Part shown: positions 24,071 through 37,439 of the stretch, piece by piece
Layout: every line of letters starts with the position of its first letter
Position numbering within the stretch: the stretch's first letter is position 1
Assembly (NCBI GenBank): GCA_964658305.1
Contig: OZ210885.1
Span: forward strand, 19,964,001-20,028,000
Reading direction: 5' to 3'
From: Leptogorgia sarmentosa
Lineage: Eukaryota
DNA: 64,000 bases
Made by a program: the position numbers and the translations under genes
Notes under the pieces: generated by a model
What the model was told of the DNA's origin: nothing
The model's input: the letters and a program-made list of their open reading frames with translations, nothing else
Database searches by the model: none

Positions 24071-25838
24071 TTACCCTAGTTTTAAACTTCCTTCCGCTAT
24101 CATAGGTGAAACGTCTAATGTATACAAGCTGCCTGGTTCAATGGGGTGTTCAACTACAATTTGATCCTGGGAAGGATCTGAAGTTTGAACATAACCTATA
24201 TACCACCCTGGTTTCCACCCTGTTCCCTTTATGTCTGCGCTACACCATTTTACTTTCACCTTCGCACCGATTCTAAAAAACGATTCGTCATTGCTAGCTT
24301 CTGTATTTGCATAACTGGAATTGCCATTGCTATTTTGTTTGAAATTCTTTCCCTTGGTTTTGTTGATATCTTTCACGATCCCATATTCTTTTAGATTTTC
24401 AAACATTTTATGCAGGTTTTCAACCTTCAATTGTGAATCGGAAACATTGGTGTTTTCCGATCTAACTTCTGGAAATGAAGAGCTTTCAAAGGTCCAGGTA
24501 TACTTTCAATGTTCCCTTTGTAAGCTGAATGAAAATCTGTTGGTGGGGAATTTTGTATGCCATTTTCAGAGAGTCACTCAACCAACTGATACTTTAGTCC
24601 TGTGCATGGTAGACCTGATTTTTTACATTTCTCTTGTAACTCCTGACATGAATTTATTTTGTAGAGTTTTATCGTTTTGCACTTGTCTCTGGCTTTATCT
24701 TGTTTAAAACTGAGCAAGTCTTGTTCATTGGCGTCTTTAAAATATCGTTTAACCTCATTGACTGGAATCCAAACCAGGAGAGCAATTTCACTGAAGATAT
24801 CATCTGATGGGTTAGGATTTACTTTGTAGAGCAATTCGAGAAGTCGTAATGGCAGAAACAATCCTGGCATTTTATTCCACCGTCCAGTTTTGTTTGCAAT
24901 GCGACCATTTCTTTCAACTGTCAAATAGTGAAATTCCCCTGATGTCTTCAGCCATCGTATATAGTCTGGCAATGGTTGTAGAATATGTCTTGGCCGATCG
25001 TGATTTGGCCTCTTGTCATCGTCGCTCCACAGTGTAGTTTGGTACTTGTCCTTCCACGAAGTCCGCTTATTAAATACTAGAGTATTATTAATTCTTGAAT
25101 ATTCATTTCTATAATTCCCTGTATAATTCAGGTCAGTGCCCCACACCAAAGAAAGAGTTTCTGCTATTTTATTTTTTTTGGCCTTGTAGCTCCATGTGCA
25201 GTCTGATTTTCCTTCCTCCGATAGGTTTAGGAAACTTTTTAATTTGTCGTCGTCGTCAAATTCATCTCCAACTCCACGGTGAACTTCTAAATTACGTTTA
25301 TTAAATTTTGCCTGTTGAATGCACTCCTTTACATCAGTTGCCATTTTTCCTATGTTTTGCTTGTGTTCTTTGCTCCCTGGTTCTGCTTTTTCATAGATCG
25401 ACTTTGAATTAAACACAGTTTTGGACAATACTTCGTTTTCTGCAGCATGTACTCTTTCCATGAAATTTCGTTTGCTATGGTATTCAGGAAACGAAATTTA
25501 GGAGATTCGATCAAGTTTAAGGTATTCAAGCAATCTAGAAAGCCACATTTGTACTAGTGGACTTGACGGAGTTTCTGAGGACCATTATCGACAACAAAAA
25601 TGAAGTTTTCTTTAAGCCTGCCCGTATTAGAGTTTCGGAAATAGTAATCCAGCGACGGTTTAGTAAGTAGCAACAATATTTCATTGAACGCTTGACTAGT
25701 AGTTTCAGGCTCATAAAACGAAAGGTTCAAAAGTGTCACTGCCTTGCCGGTCCTGGTAACGTGAAGAATATGTGAGCTTGTTTGTGATACGTTGAGATAG
25801 GTGTTTTATGGTATCAAGAGCAAAGGTATGGACTCTTC
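24071..25838 (-). pseudogene. Zator-like (IS630/Tc1-related) transposase, 3' part, with SAP-like and Tudor-like C-terminal domains
   Basis: FVVDNGP...SKRNFMERVH (D-43-E after correcting one frameshift), ELQEKCKKSGLPCTGLKYQLVE, IGAKVKVKW...GWYIGYV. Confidence 0.65.
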
Positions 25839-26456
25839 CACGGGACGAAAAATCCGATTCCCACTTAATTCGCAGGAGTTGCAAATGTGTTGCGAATTTG
25901 GTCGTCCAAATTGGCACCCATTGCCAATATATATTTGCAACCATACAAATTTGCAACACCTTTGCCCTGATGTTTGCACTGATGCGAATGTGTCACAATA
26001 TTCGCAACACATTTGCACACCGGTGCCAATTTGAAGTAAACATAAAACCACAAAATCTTCTCATAAGCGAATTATAATCGAAATTTTCTTGATAAAATGA
26101 AAACAACATCGTAGTCCGACATTCCCGTGTGGCTGCCGGAGACTCGGAGGGGTTAGCTGCAGGGGTTGCAATTGATGCGATGTTCTGACCTCACCGCTTT
26201 CTCAGAGGATCAGACAGACTAGTGTTGCTTTTAATTTCAGAAAATTTTAGTAGACATGGAAGTACACATGTACATCCACGAAATTATGAAGTTTTATTCC
26301 CTAACTTTTAACATGTTTTCTAACCGTTTTCGAAAAATTGCTCGCAGTCAGTCCAGCGAGATGAAAATTCCTCCGTGAAATGACTTCTTTATTCTAAAGC
26401 ATGATGACGAACGTTCTAAAACAGAAAGACATCGAAATTAAAACAGATTTTAGGTG

Positions 26457-28703
26457 TTAACCAGTCCGATGATCAACCACGATTTCGCTAGGGGTAGAAT
26501 TGCGTTGCTGAAATTTGTCAACTATATCATGGAACTGTTCCTTGTACTCTTCCGGAAACGAAAAATCTCTGATGGTCTGGTCGCGAATGAATTTTCGCAT
26601 GATTTGCAACTCGATCGATTTGTTGTTGGTATAGTAATTGCCTAAAATGCCATTGTATCTTTCAAAACTAAATAACCAAAAGCTATAAATTGGGCCATAA
26701 TCCAAGATACAATCCGCTAAATGAGTATGCATGTGCATGTTCGGAGTAATACGTTCCTTTCCATAAATCCTTTCAACCTGAGAGCAAAATTTAACCAAAA
26801 GATCATGAGCAGTTCCAACATCAGAAATTCGTATCATTGGCTGACACAATATTTTACAAGCTTTAATGAATTTCAACCAACATCTATAGTGTGAATCCGG
26901 TAAATGACCAAAAAGAGTGAAAGGAGAGAAGACAATAACCCAGGTTTTCCATTGTTCTGCTGTGAACCCTGAAAATGACTTTGCTATTTTGAAGGGCAGT
27001 CGGCCTAAATATGATGGAACGTTGCACGCATCAACTCTATTTTGCACATTCTCCGAATCTGCTGACGTTAAAATAGAAAGTTCAAGCCAGATTTCAATCA
27101 TTCGTTTGGCTGTTCCAAGAAATAAATTGTGCATTGGGTCGACGATCGTGAATCTAACGCAATCAAAGTATGGTAGTCGAAGAAGTTCAGAGTACCTGGC
27201 ACCATATAAGGACTCCTTTGCGTTCCGCAGCTCTTGGGTGGGTTGCCCCAGAATTTCCTCAACATGTTGTCTATGTTTGACAGAATTTCTTCCTCGACAA
27301 GGCTCAAAACCAGAATAATCAGTAGGCTGGCCAACACCACCAGTCTTAAACTCCTTTTTACATTTAGGACAACCATGCTTAGAATTATGTCCGGTAAAAC
27401 CGCAAACCTTCCTACTTGCAGGCATATCACACGCGACACACAGCAAGGCGGCTTTAAAACATTCGGGAACGAGAAGAGAGCCTGAATGTCTCAGCATCAC
27501 ACCTTCGTCCCAAAGTACTAACAACTCGTCCACAAGGGGCTTTAAAAAGGAATTGATGTTATGACGCGGTTCATGTGGACCAGATATTATTCCAACAAGG
27601 AAGATGTTTTCTCTCTTGAAACGCTCACTTCTGGGAAGATTCATTAATACCAAATACATCACACCAACAGAGTACTGAGTATGTTCGAATGGTTGCATCC
27701 AGTCAACATTAAGCATAAGCCCATAATTTCGTCGTGATGCTAAAAACGACGACCCATTAATAACTTGGAAATCTCTCCAAACTCGCCCTTCGAACACATC
27801 ACACATAACACGATGTGCTGATCTCACTTCACGGTTATGCCACAGTTCACAACGATCAGTAAAACCTGGACGCTTGACAAACTGGGTCAACGTTTCAACA
27901 ATGCTTTTATAGCAGTACAATTTATGTGGATATAACCGAGTGATACCACCACTTAACGTCACTTCTTTTAAGAGAGTTGTGCCACACGGTTTGCGCATGC
28001 GCCTCTGACGGTGATTGGGGAAGCGAACAAAAGAACAACTCTTTGAAACAATGCGGTTTCCAGCATGTCGGTAACAGTCTTCGAACGTGTAGACTGATGA
28101 ACAGGTCGGGCAAACTACATATTTGATAAACTTATCCCCTGTAAGTCCAATTTCGTTTTGAAATAGATATAACGATCCTGGGAATGCAACAGAAAAGGCA
28201 GTGAACCAGGGATTTGCGAATCCAAGCGTTTCGAAAAAACGTTTAAGCGATAGTAACAAAAAATCCATAGCATTATCAGGTACAGGGAAAAAAGTCCAGA
28301 AGTACGCGAGAAGTATTAACAAGCAATTCAGCAAAGTACGGTACGATCGAGACTGCGGTCGATTCGCCTTGACGGATGGCACATTGGAATTTCCATTGAA
28401 ATCGTCGTTGATTTCGTGTGGCAACACTTCATCCCATATTTCCTGATCAAGCAGCCCTATATTTTCACCTACTTCTGAGTCGCTGTGATCATAAAAGATT
28501 GGACTGGATGGAGGTGAAAAATCATCGTTGTCAATTTGCATGAAATCGTCGCTATCATCATTGCTGCTAGATCCTAAGTCAGGAGCTTTCTCCCATGTGT
28601 GATTCTCGGGTTTGAAATACAGCAATCTATGTCTTCGAAAGGTTCTAGCGGGTAAATAACGCTCGCAGTGTGGACAAAGATTCATATAGCTTTGCTCCGC
28701 CAT
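26457..28703 (-). CDS. EnSpm/CACTA Tnp2-family transposase (C-terminus possibly truncated or spliced)
   Basis: LNVDWMQPF, NLPRSERF, CDMPASRK, CPKC, DPMHNLFLG, TPNMHMH.H, GP..FWLFSFERYNG. 748 aa, open. Confidence 0.92.
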   Translation of the reverse strand: MAEQSYMNLCPHCERYLPARTFRRHRLLYFKPENHTWEKAPDLGSSSNDDSDDFMQIDNDDFSPPSSPIFYDHSDSEVGENIGLLDQEIWDEVLPHEINDDFNGNSNVPSVKANRPQSRSYRTLLNCLLILLAYFWTFFPVPDNAMDFLLLSLKRFFETLGFANPWFTAFSVAFPGSLYLFQNEIGLTGDKFIKYVVCPTCSSVYTFEDCYRHAGNRIVSKSCSFVRFPNHRQRRMRKPCGTTLLKEVTLSGGITRLYPHKLYCYKSIVETLTQFVKRPGFTDRCELWHNREVRSAHRVMCDVFEGRVWRDFQVINGSSFLASRRNYGLMLNVDWMQPFEHTQYSVGVMYLVLMNLPRSERFKRENIFLVGIISGPHEPRHNINSFLKPLVDELLVLWDEGVMLRHSGSLLVPECFKAALLCVACDMPASRKVCGFTGHNSKHGCPKCKKEFKTGGVGQPTDYSGFEPCRGRNSVKHRQHVEEILGQPTQELRNAKESLYGARYSELLRLPYFDCVRFTIVDPMHNLFLGTAKRMIEIWLELSILTSADSENVQNRVDACNVPSYLGRLPFKIAKSFSGFTAEQWKTWVIVFSPFTLFGHLPDSHYRCWLKFIKACKILCQPMIRISDVGTAHDLLVKFCSQVERIYGKERITPNMHMHTHLADCILDYGPIYSFWLFSFERYNGILGNYYTNNKSIELQIMRKFIRDQTIRDFSFPEEYKEQFHDIVDKFQQRNSTPSEIVVDHRTG

Positions 28704-28954
28704 AACTTCGAATTGTCATGGAAACATGTATCATAACCAACATAGATGGTACAAATGGGTTAAAAAGGGTACAGTATGTGATAACAAAGAATGCAACAAG
28801 TCTTCTGTAGGATTCTGGTTAGCCAATAGGAAGGCCAGAAAAGTGTTTTTAGCGGGAAAGCTGAGGAGGGAATACGAAGATTTGTTCGAAACCTTCGAGG
28901 CCAAAAGTTTTTGAGAGCCGTTTCCGATATATTTACTGGTCAAAACCGCAAAAA

Positions 28955-31900
28955 ATGGCAGAAAACATGCCCAGAAATGAAGCTATGCTAGCAAAGATTT
29001 TGTTGAACCAGAGGACTATTCTGGAACAAAATAAAAAGATCCTGGAAGAACGAGTCCAACAAAGAGAAGAAGAACGACAACGGGATTCATCGAATGACAA
29101 AATCCCATTGATTGTACAGGTATACTTTGACTGGTTTTTGTTTCTGTTGCACAAAAAACAAGTCGTTGATAGATATCCAGTGTACTTAAATCGAGAAATT
29201 GGACAGGTATACAGTTTTTCTCGAAAAAGGAGCGATATTCAGCAACGGGTCTGAGCCAGCTTGTATGGAGATCGAGTTACATGTTGTTGATAAACATGTA
29301 AAACTGTTTAGGAAAATTAAAGTCACTGATAGACAAGCAGTGTAGTTAAAGCGATAAATTGTTCATGCAGACAGTTCATCTTTGAAAAAGAAACTATTTA
29401 GCCCTGAGTTAGCATGTATGAAGGTCGAAATACATTGTTGGATATACATAATGTCGATATGTTTGGAAAAAACAACAAACAAAAATCAATATGGCGAAAC
29501 ATGGTTACTAAAATCTTACTTGAACTCAACAAGATATTATTCAAATGGATGAATTTGAACAAGATTATAAACGGTTACTGACCAGATTGCTTCGACAACA
29601 CACAATTAATTTTAAACATACGTCTGAAGATGAATAATCTTCCGTGTCAGATTGTTTCGTTCAAAGCAATGCAGTTGGCCAGCTTTGCATTCAAGCAACA
29701 TACACAAATTACTTACGTTTTACAGTGAACAACGGTATTCTATTTTCATCGGTTGCAATAGTTGTGTGGCTGCAATAAAAAAAAGCAACAAAATTACGAC
29801 TTAGCCAGCAAGAAGATGATTCATTTTGTTCAACACAATTAGAGAACAGTGAGGGCAGCAGTGAAGAGTTCTGAAGAAGAATGGGAGTATTCACAAAGGT
29901 ATGTATACTAATAATATACATTAAATTAGATTTCATCCTAAATGATCGATGTATGTGATTTACAGGGCTAAACCCACATGGGGGAGCCCTGGGGGCTGAG
30001 TTAACCCACTTCAATATATTCAGGTTTATGTATGAAGGCAAGGAAAAGCAATATTGTTATTTGTGATTCGAATGTGCAAGAATGGTTATTTGTTCCCCAC
30101 AATATAACTAAGGATATCTGGAAAGTATTTAAACAAAAATAAGGCTCGAACTATTAACTTCCAACATTATAGACACTCTTAATTTTAGAAAATTTAGATA
30201 ATTTTTATTTATCTCGTAGTCCCCCCCCCCCCCCCCAATCCCAAAGAGCTACATATGTTGATGATTTATTGATGCACATTCAATCAGGTTGAATTTGTTT
30301 ACAAATCCTACCATTTACATAGCAATCTTATTTCAGGTACTACAGGTAAAATAAATCCTTCACCTATGTAATAAAGTAATTGTACAAAGTTGATTGAAAA
30401 CAAAGCATGGCAAGAAATGCTTGGTAAATAATGGATACACAGACCTATAGATAGACTGCTAATATAATTTTAAATTTTATAGTCTATCTAAAGTATATGC
30501 TATAGGAATACAACATACTGTATATTTCAGTTATAAAGAAAACACTTTTCTGCCTACTGCATGTTTGACGACCATGCATACATCACTTACTATAAATGAA
30601 TAGTTTATTTTTTTATGGTAAAGTTTTTGAGAGCATATTTTGATATAGTAAATGAAGCCGTGTTATTTCAGCAAGAATTATGTACTGTACTGGTAGAGTA
30701 ACTCAGCAATATGGGCATTGTATTTCTATGAAATTCAACAAATTTACACTGCTTTAATTTTTTGTGTGATTTTTTGCAGCAATAAAAATTGTTACTAAGC
30801 CTTAGCAATTCATCATTGTTTTTCAGATTATGAGATATGCTTTCTGAGCAGATTGGGATTTTTTTGTAGTTTTTGCCCCACAAACTATAGCTGTACATAG
30901 CTACATGATTTCTCTCAATAACAATAGATCTCTGGTAAATCTATTGAATTGAACTTGACTCTACCTTAGTATGGTCAAAGTCTAATTAGGTTTATTAAAT
31001 AGTTTTAGATCACCAACTAATGATACGAAAAATAAGGCTCTCGTTCAGAACATCAAGGCTCTTTCTGGTATGGAGAATGTGTCTCATCCAGGGCCGTCGC
31101 TAGAACGTTAATTGGGGGGGTGCATATTCATATTTTGGCGTTCTGCCGACTGATTTCTTTAGAAATTAATTCATAAACAACTGATTTCAAAAGAAATCAG
31201 TCGGCAGAACGCCAAAATATGAATATGCACCCCGCCAATTAACGTTCTAGCGACGGCCCTGGTCTCATCGCACAATTGAAAGTAAGCAAATATAAATTAG
31301 GTTCATCTTATATATTGAACAGTTCAAAGTAATTTTTATACACATGTCATCTCGTCTCTATTATTACAAGAATCACTTTTTCTCCCAAAATAGTCATACA
31401 GTATATTGTTTGTAAAGAAAACTTAAGCAGATAAAGTAATTCATAAGCATGGAACATTTTTTTTATCGCTGTTCCTGGCCTCATGTATGTAGCTCCTCAT
31501 GCCCACCAGGCCCCACCTCGAGGCCCACCTATCCCCTTTCAAATGTTTTCCAAAGCCATTGGAGAGTGGGTATGAATGTGTGGGGCATAGGGGCGCAGAC
31601 CCAAGCTCAACTTTATAGGCTAATATTTAAATTCTATTTTGTACTTTTCCCACAGGCAAAAAGTTGTATTAATGTCCCCCATATAATACTCTAGCACTAT
31701 ATGCACTGTTACAAAATACCATTCATGATAACATGATTCGTACTTTGAGTACGTTCTGGTACGACTGTAAGCTGGTTAAATAGGGGTATCAGCTTTAAAA
31801 AAGTTACAAAATGGACATTTGTTCATTTTGCTGGTTAATGTACTTAGAGAGAAGAAAAATAATAATACTACAATGAAAAATAGCAAAGCATGTCCATAAC

Positions 31901-34900
31901 CACGAGTCTATTAATATCTATTTGCGCAAAAAACATACATTACCTTGTAGTAATGAATCATTCTTCAAAAAAGTTCCAAATTCACACACAGCACCATTTA
32001 TTCGTGTTGTTAATGATCATTATTAACAAAGAAATACCACTGCCATAAAGCCTTGAAGCGAAGTAAAATTGATTCGTCAGTCGTCACAGATTCTCACGTG
32101 GCCGCGCAAGTTACGTGTTGAAGGGATATCCAAGGATGCATAGGTTACAAATTTATTATGATTGATACATATCTAAACTTGTCTTTGCCAATCAACAAGT
32201 ATCCCTTCCGCAATGCAAAACCGCCGTCGATTTGTAGATTTTTTTTTCGCTGGCAGGATAAAATCACTGATTGAATCACTGAAAATGCCGGAAAATACAA
32301 ATGGAAAATAACAGTAAATTAGACTACGAATTCGTGAAAAAATTCGAAGAAAGTCGCTATAGTCGCTGCACGCTCTCGTTTTGTAAACAATAGCAAAGCG
32401 AACAGTCGTTCACAAACTTTTATTATTATGCTATATTATTTACCTATATCTGCCAATCCGTCATGATTTGATTTTTACCTGATTTATACTTAATACAAAC
32501 GTCCACATTCCAAAATGTAGTGCTAGTGGTTTATAAAGGACTATACAGTACATTTATGAATCATGCTGTCAAAATTTTCCTGCTAGAGCATTCCAATTCA
32601 AACAATGATGTATTGTATTTCAAAGATTTTGGTTTCTTGTAATTTTTTCTGTTTCTTTTGGTTTATAACGCAATATTACTTTTAAACTTGGACTACTATA
32701 GTAATGCTTATACTCTCTCTAAAGAAAATACAACACAAACATGGCTGCAGGAGTCATTAGTGGACAGTGGTATGTAGGTCATACGAAGTTCTGCCCGAGA
32801 CTATTTTATGCGAATTAGCCGCTATAAAAGGCTACCGTTGTTAAATAAGATTCAACAATAATAATAAAAATAATAATTAATGGCAATTCATTATGTCACT
32901 CACATGTGCAACGTTTCAGAACCAAACCTCTGCCATGGAGGTATAATTAAGAGTGATTGAGTGGATTGTCCACCTTGTATTGAGTAGATTTCAATCCATT
33001 ACAGTTGAACAACAAAAATTCTCCTTTTAGGAGCGCTTAAATCGCACTTCCTGACATTAAGACGCAAGAAGAGACAAGTGGACCAGGGCTCAAGGCCCGA
33101 AGTATTGCAGAACGAGTGTCGACGTCGACGGGTGGTTGAGGTAAGAGATCACAAGATAAAAACTTCGTGTGGCTATACTTTTTCGACTCTCGTTTGCACC
33201 TGTTTCTCACTCGTCTCTACTTTTTTGTCACTTGTTTGCACCTGTTTCTCACTCGTCTCTACTTTTTCGTCACTCGTCTCTACTTTTTCGTCACTCGTTT
33301 GCACCTGTTTCTAGCTCGTCTGAACTTTTTCGTCACTCGTTTGTACTTTTTCGTCACAAGTCTCTACTTTTTCGTCACTCGTTTGCACCTGTTTCTCACT
33401 CGTCTCTACTTTTTCGACACTTGTTTGCACCTGTTTCTCACTCGTCTCTACTTTTTCGTCACTCGTTTGCACCTGTTTCTCACTCGTCTCTACTTTTTCG
33501 TCACTCGTCTCTACTTTTTCGTCACTCGTTTGCACCTGTTTCTAGCTCGTCTGAACTTTTTCGTCACTTGTTTGTACTTTTTCGTCACTCGTCTCTACTT
33601 TTTCGTCACTTGTCTCTACTTTTTCGTCACTCGTCTCTACTTTTTCGTCACTCGTTTGCACCTGTTTCTCACTCGTCTCTACTTTTTCGACACTCGTTTG
33701 CACCTGTTTCTCACTCGTCTCTACTTTTTTGTCACTCGTTTGCACCTGTTTCTCACTCGTCTATACTTTTTCGTCGCTCGTCTCTACTTTTTCGTCACTC
33801 GTTTGCACCTGTTTCTCACTCGTTTGCACCTGTTTCTAACTCGTCTCTACTTTTTCGACACTCGTCTCTACTTTTTCGTCACTCGTCTCTACCTTTTCGT
33901 CATTCGTTTGCACCTGTTTCTCACTCGTCTCTACTTTTTCGTCACTCGTTTGCACCTGTTTCTCACTCGTCTCTACTTTTTCATCACTCGTTTGCACCTG
34001 TTTCTCATTCGTCTGTACTTTTTCGTCACTCGTTTGCACCTGTTTCTCTCTCGTCTGTACATGCATGTATACATGTTTGTCACTAAGTTTGAAAAAGCAT
34101 TCTACTTTTTACGTTAGAAAAAACAATTTTAACTGGTTGCATCTGCATTGTTTTAATCACAATTGGTGTCGAATTAGATACCTTATGATACATATTGTAT
34201 TGTAAACTGGATATAGTTTATACAGCGGTAATCAACAAAATGCAGTTTGTACAAATGTTCACTGCAATTCGTTCTAAGAAGACTTTACTTTTAATATACT
34301 TTTTACCAATTGTGCAGGCTACATCCAAAGTGAAGGTGACTTTTTCGTCGTGTTGTTATATTTTCTTGTGAGGTTGTCCATCAACTACAGTACATCTTGA
34401 TATTTGCCATATGTAGTAAACATTACTGTAGACATGTACAACAGCACTAAAAATTTAGAGGGAAAAATCATTAACCTTGTGCATTGGGCAATATCCTGTT
34501 TTGCTATACTATTACAATCTATAGTATATTGCTAAAAATCAATAACAGCAGTTAAAATAAAAACCGAACTGTAAGATACCCTAGACCTGTATTTAAAAGA
34601 GTCTATAGCTAGATCTGTAGGTGTTAAAACTAAATATGGTGGTAATAGAATATCAGATCCAAATTACACGACCCCAATGACTAGAAATAACAGACAAGCA
34701 AGGATGCTAAAAAGTCGATAATTGGGGGAGACTATGTTCATATATCCATGTTCACAGACTGTAAAAACAATCGATTCCAAAATAAATTAATTGTGTTGAA
34801 CGCAAATATGTGAATATGGTATCCCCCCACTTACTGACATTTTTGCACTCTTGCAGAAAAGTACAAATTATCATAATGGGACAGGTTTTTGAAGATATGT

Positions 34901-36943
34901 ATATATAGATCTGCAACACTATCGATGTACCATAAGTATATGTATCTGTGTGTACCTGATAGTGATACATATGACCCTAACACATAATTAATCATAACTT
35001 TAAACCTCACAGGACTTTAGCTTATCCCAGATAACCTTATAGTAATAAAACTTCTATTAATAACTGAAGTCTATGCCTACAACCCTAAGAGGACTAGACG
35101 AAGAGACACTTTGCTTGTGATGCTTCCCATATGTACATGTAAGCTCGTCAAATGTTTGGGTAGTTGTTTGCCCAAGTTCTAGATAACATTTTAGGGCCAT
35201 ATAAGACTGATGATACTCTGAGATAGTTATGGTACATCCTCAAGTGTTGCATGTGCATTCACACCAACTGAAATGTATTTATTTGTATTTGTTTCTGGTT
35301 CACCACTGTCCTTGTAATCATTTGCTACTTGTCTGTGATTTGTCTGTTACTCCTCCTTAGCTAGTAGTCTGTCATTTGTCTGTCACTTATTATTCTTTGT
35401 CACTTACTCTTGTTAGCAGTGCAGGACTATCTGTGGGTGATGGAGGCATTTGCTCCAGCCTCACCACAAATATCACAGTACCATCCCAGTCATTCCGCTG
35501 TCGGTGTCGGTGTCGGTTACTCATCTGTAGTAGTAGCTGTAATTTTTGATCTGATGAATAAACACATAAAATAATTTTTAATTATTTAGTTGCAGTAATT
35601 CAAGTTGAACTTAGAAAAATAACATATACATATATTCGATTGGGCGATTTTGAACAGACCAGTTAGGTTTTTCGATACAGTCATTTTTAGACAGTTTGGC
35701 CTTTACAAGACCATGTCTTAAACGGCAAAACAGGAATGTGTTAAAATTTTCACAATTCTATCTAGAGTCATAATCATCATTAGTTACGCAGTTTATATTA
35801 CAATAAAATACATACTGTACCCTGTTTTTTTCTTCCTTCCGAACGTCCTGAAAATCTCATTGACATCCATCATTTTGAAATCGTGACCATAAAACTCGTT
35901 CAGATAGAAGTTTGTGCGGATGTTTATAGATGCAAATTCGCTACATTTTTTTAATTTTCAATGTTTTGAAATCAACACACAGAACAGAAGCCTACGCCGG
36001 AAGTAGTGACGGAGCCAAAACGTCACATACACCGCTGTGTGTACCTAATTATCAAAGAGCGCGGTTAATTTGGGTAACAATTCAGACAATTCATGTTTCG
36101 CTCACCAATTCATTTCTACACATTCTACCCTCAAAGTTGCGAAAATTTTTAATTTCTTACAACCGTCGTTTATTTGACATTTCCCTATCTAATATCCAAG
36201 GCATTCACGTAGGACAACGAATACCCCGAGTTGCACATCTATGTAACGTTAATCTATGGTTGCATGTGCAGGGTAAACCTCTCCTCCGCAGATGTTTATA
36301 GGAAATTAAGTATTAACGCGACATTTAACGAGTCATCCAAGCCGTCTGTTACATGATACCGGATTACTATTGGAACGGCTTCAAATTGTGATAATATAAC
36401 AAATTTAGACAAAACTGCAAATACAAAAGTTTCAAGAGCTAAAGCGTCCTGGAAAGCATCCGAAATTGATCTCACTCCGATGTGAATCCAGTATCGTGTA
36501 ACTGGGGTCTAGAAGTCTACTCTCATCCACTTAAAATGCCGTTTCGTTCTTATACTGATCTCTGTTCTCTTCTGTAGAAACTCAGACGACGACAAAAAAC
36601 GCTGGACAGGTCAGCAACAATTCCTCCAGAGGAAAAACAGGAGATTAAGGTTGGGCTGACAGTACACTGCACGTCACCAGAACACAGCGCTGATGAAACC
36701 GGAGACAGGGACTCATCCGATTCAGACGACGATGCCTCACCCGTTCCTAAAAGGGTGTTGAAAGTCCGACCGTTGTCCTGGCGAAGCGACCGTTTTAATA
36801 AAATCCTAACGTCTCTTGACCGAAAATGGCTTCGCAGGACCTCGGAGAAAGCACGGTCGATGATAAAGGACAGGGTTGTGGGAGAAGCCGTGCAATGCGA
36901 TGCCCCTGATGATGTGCTTGACTGGATGGTCAAGCAAGAGTAA
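28955..36943 (+). CDS. CACTA second gene (ORF2), 5 exons: 28955-29119, 29843-29898, ~31003-31281, 33031-33140, 36578-36943; exon 3 disrupted by a MITE
   Basis: All junctions are GT/AG and phase-consistent (0, 2, 1, 0). The product is ~265 aa with a basic region, an acidic linker and LKVRPLSWRS...LDRKW. Divergent from the transposase. Confidence 0.7.
31089..31261. mobile_element. hAT-type MITE (173 bp, near-perfect hairpin)
   Basis: ~72-bp TIR starting CAGGGCCGTCGCTAG. 8-bp TSD GTCTCATC. Confidence 0.95.
33173..34060. repeat. 21-bp minisatellite, ~42 units of two variants
   Basis: Units ACTCGTCTCTACTTTTTCGTC and ACTCGTTTGCACCTGTTTCTC are interspersed. Lies in intron 4 of CACTA ORF2. Confidence 0.95.
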
Positions 36944-37439
36944 CGTTCTATTTATTCTTTCACTGGTCTTTTGAGATTTCATGCATGCTTCTTTGTACGA
37001 TGTTTTACTTCGTTTCATTTTTGCATATCTGGTTTTACCAAGAGGATATTATCGTGGGTTTTCTCCTGAACATATAAGTGAAAACAATTTATTGACTTTA
37101 TTGCAACATCACCACCAGTGAACCGCCCTGGTTTCAAAACTCTTTAAAGTCACTTTCCCACTATTTAATTGCAAATAACTTGAAGCGACACGATTTTCAA
37201 ATTTCAATAGCGTGGCACCTATATATAGCCAGAAAAAGTGTTGTTATAAAAAAGTTGTATTGTTTGTGAATCCTATAATACACCTTTTGGAAACCAGAAG
37301 TAGCTGTACTACATAAAATTCTTCGCATGAACATGATGGTAGTTTGTTCCAGTAAGGGAACAATGTAAATACTTTTATTATACGCATGCAATGTACATAT
37401 ATTGCACTTGTTTTCGAGAAGTTTGCAAATACATAATTA

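Noticed and set aside
26100..26230. GC-richer patch considered as a structured ncRNA
   Set aside because: No recognisable RNA family motif or convincing fold by eye.
30448..30490. Small hairpin TAGATAGACT...AGTCTATCTA
   Set aside because: Short, AT-rich and without a clear TSD.
33173..34060. CRISPR-like appearance of the repeat array
   Set aside because: No unique spacers, no cas genes, and the context is eukaryotic.
33167..34117. 316-aa and 305-aa ORFs and reverse-strand repeat ORFs
   Set aside because: They are by-products of a stop-free 21-bp (multiple of 3) tandem array lying in an intron.
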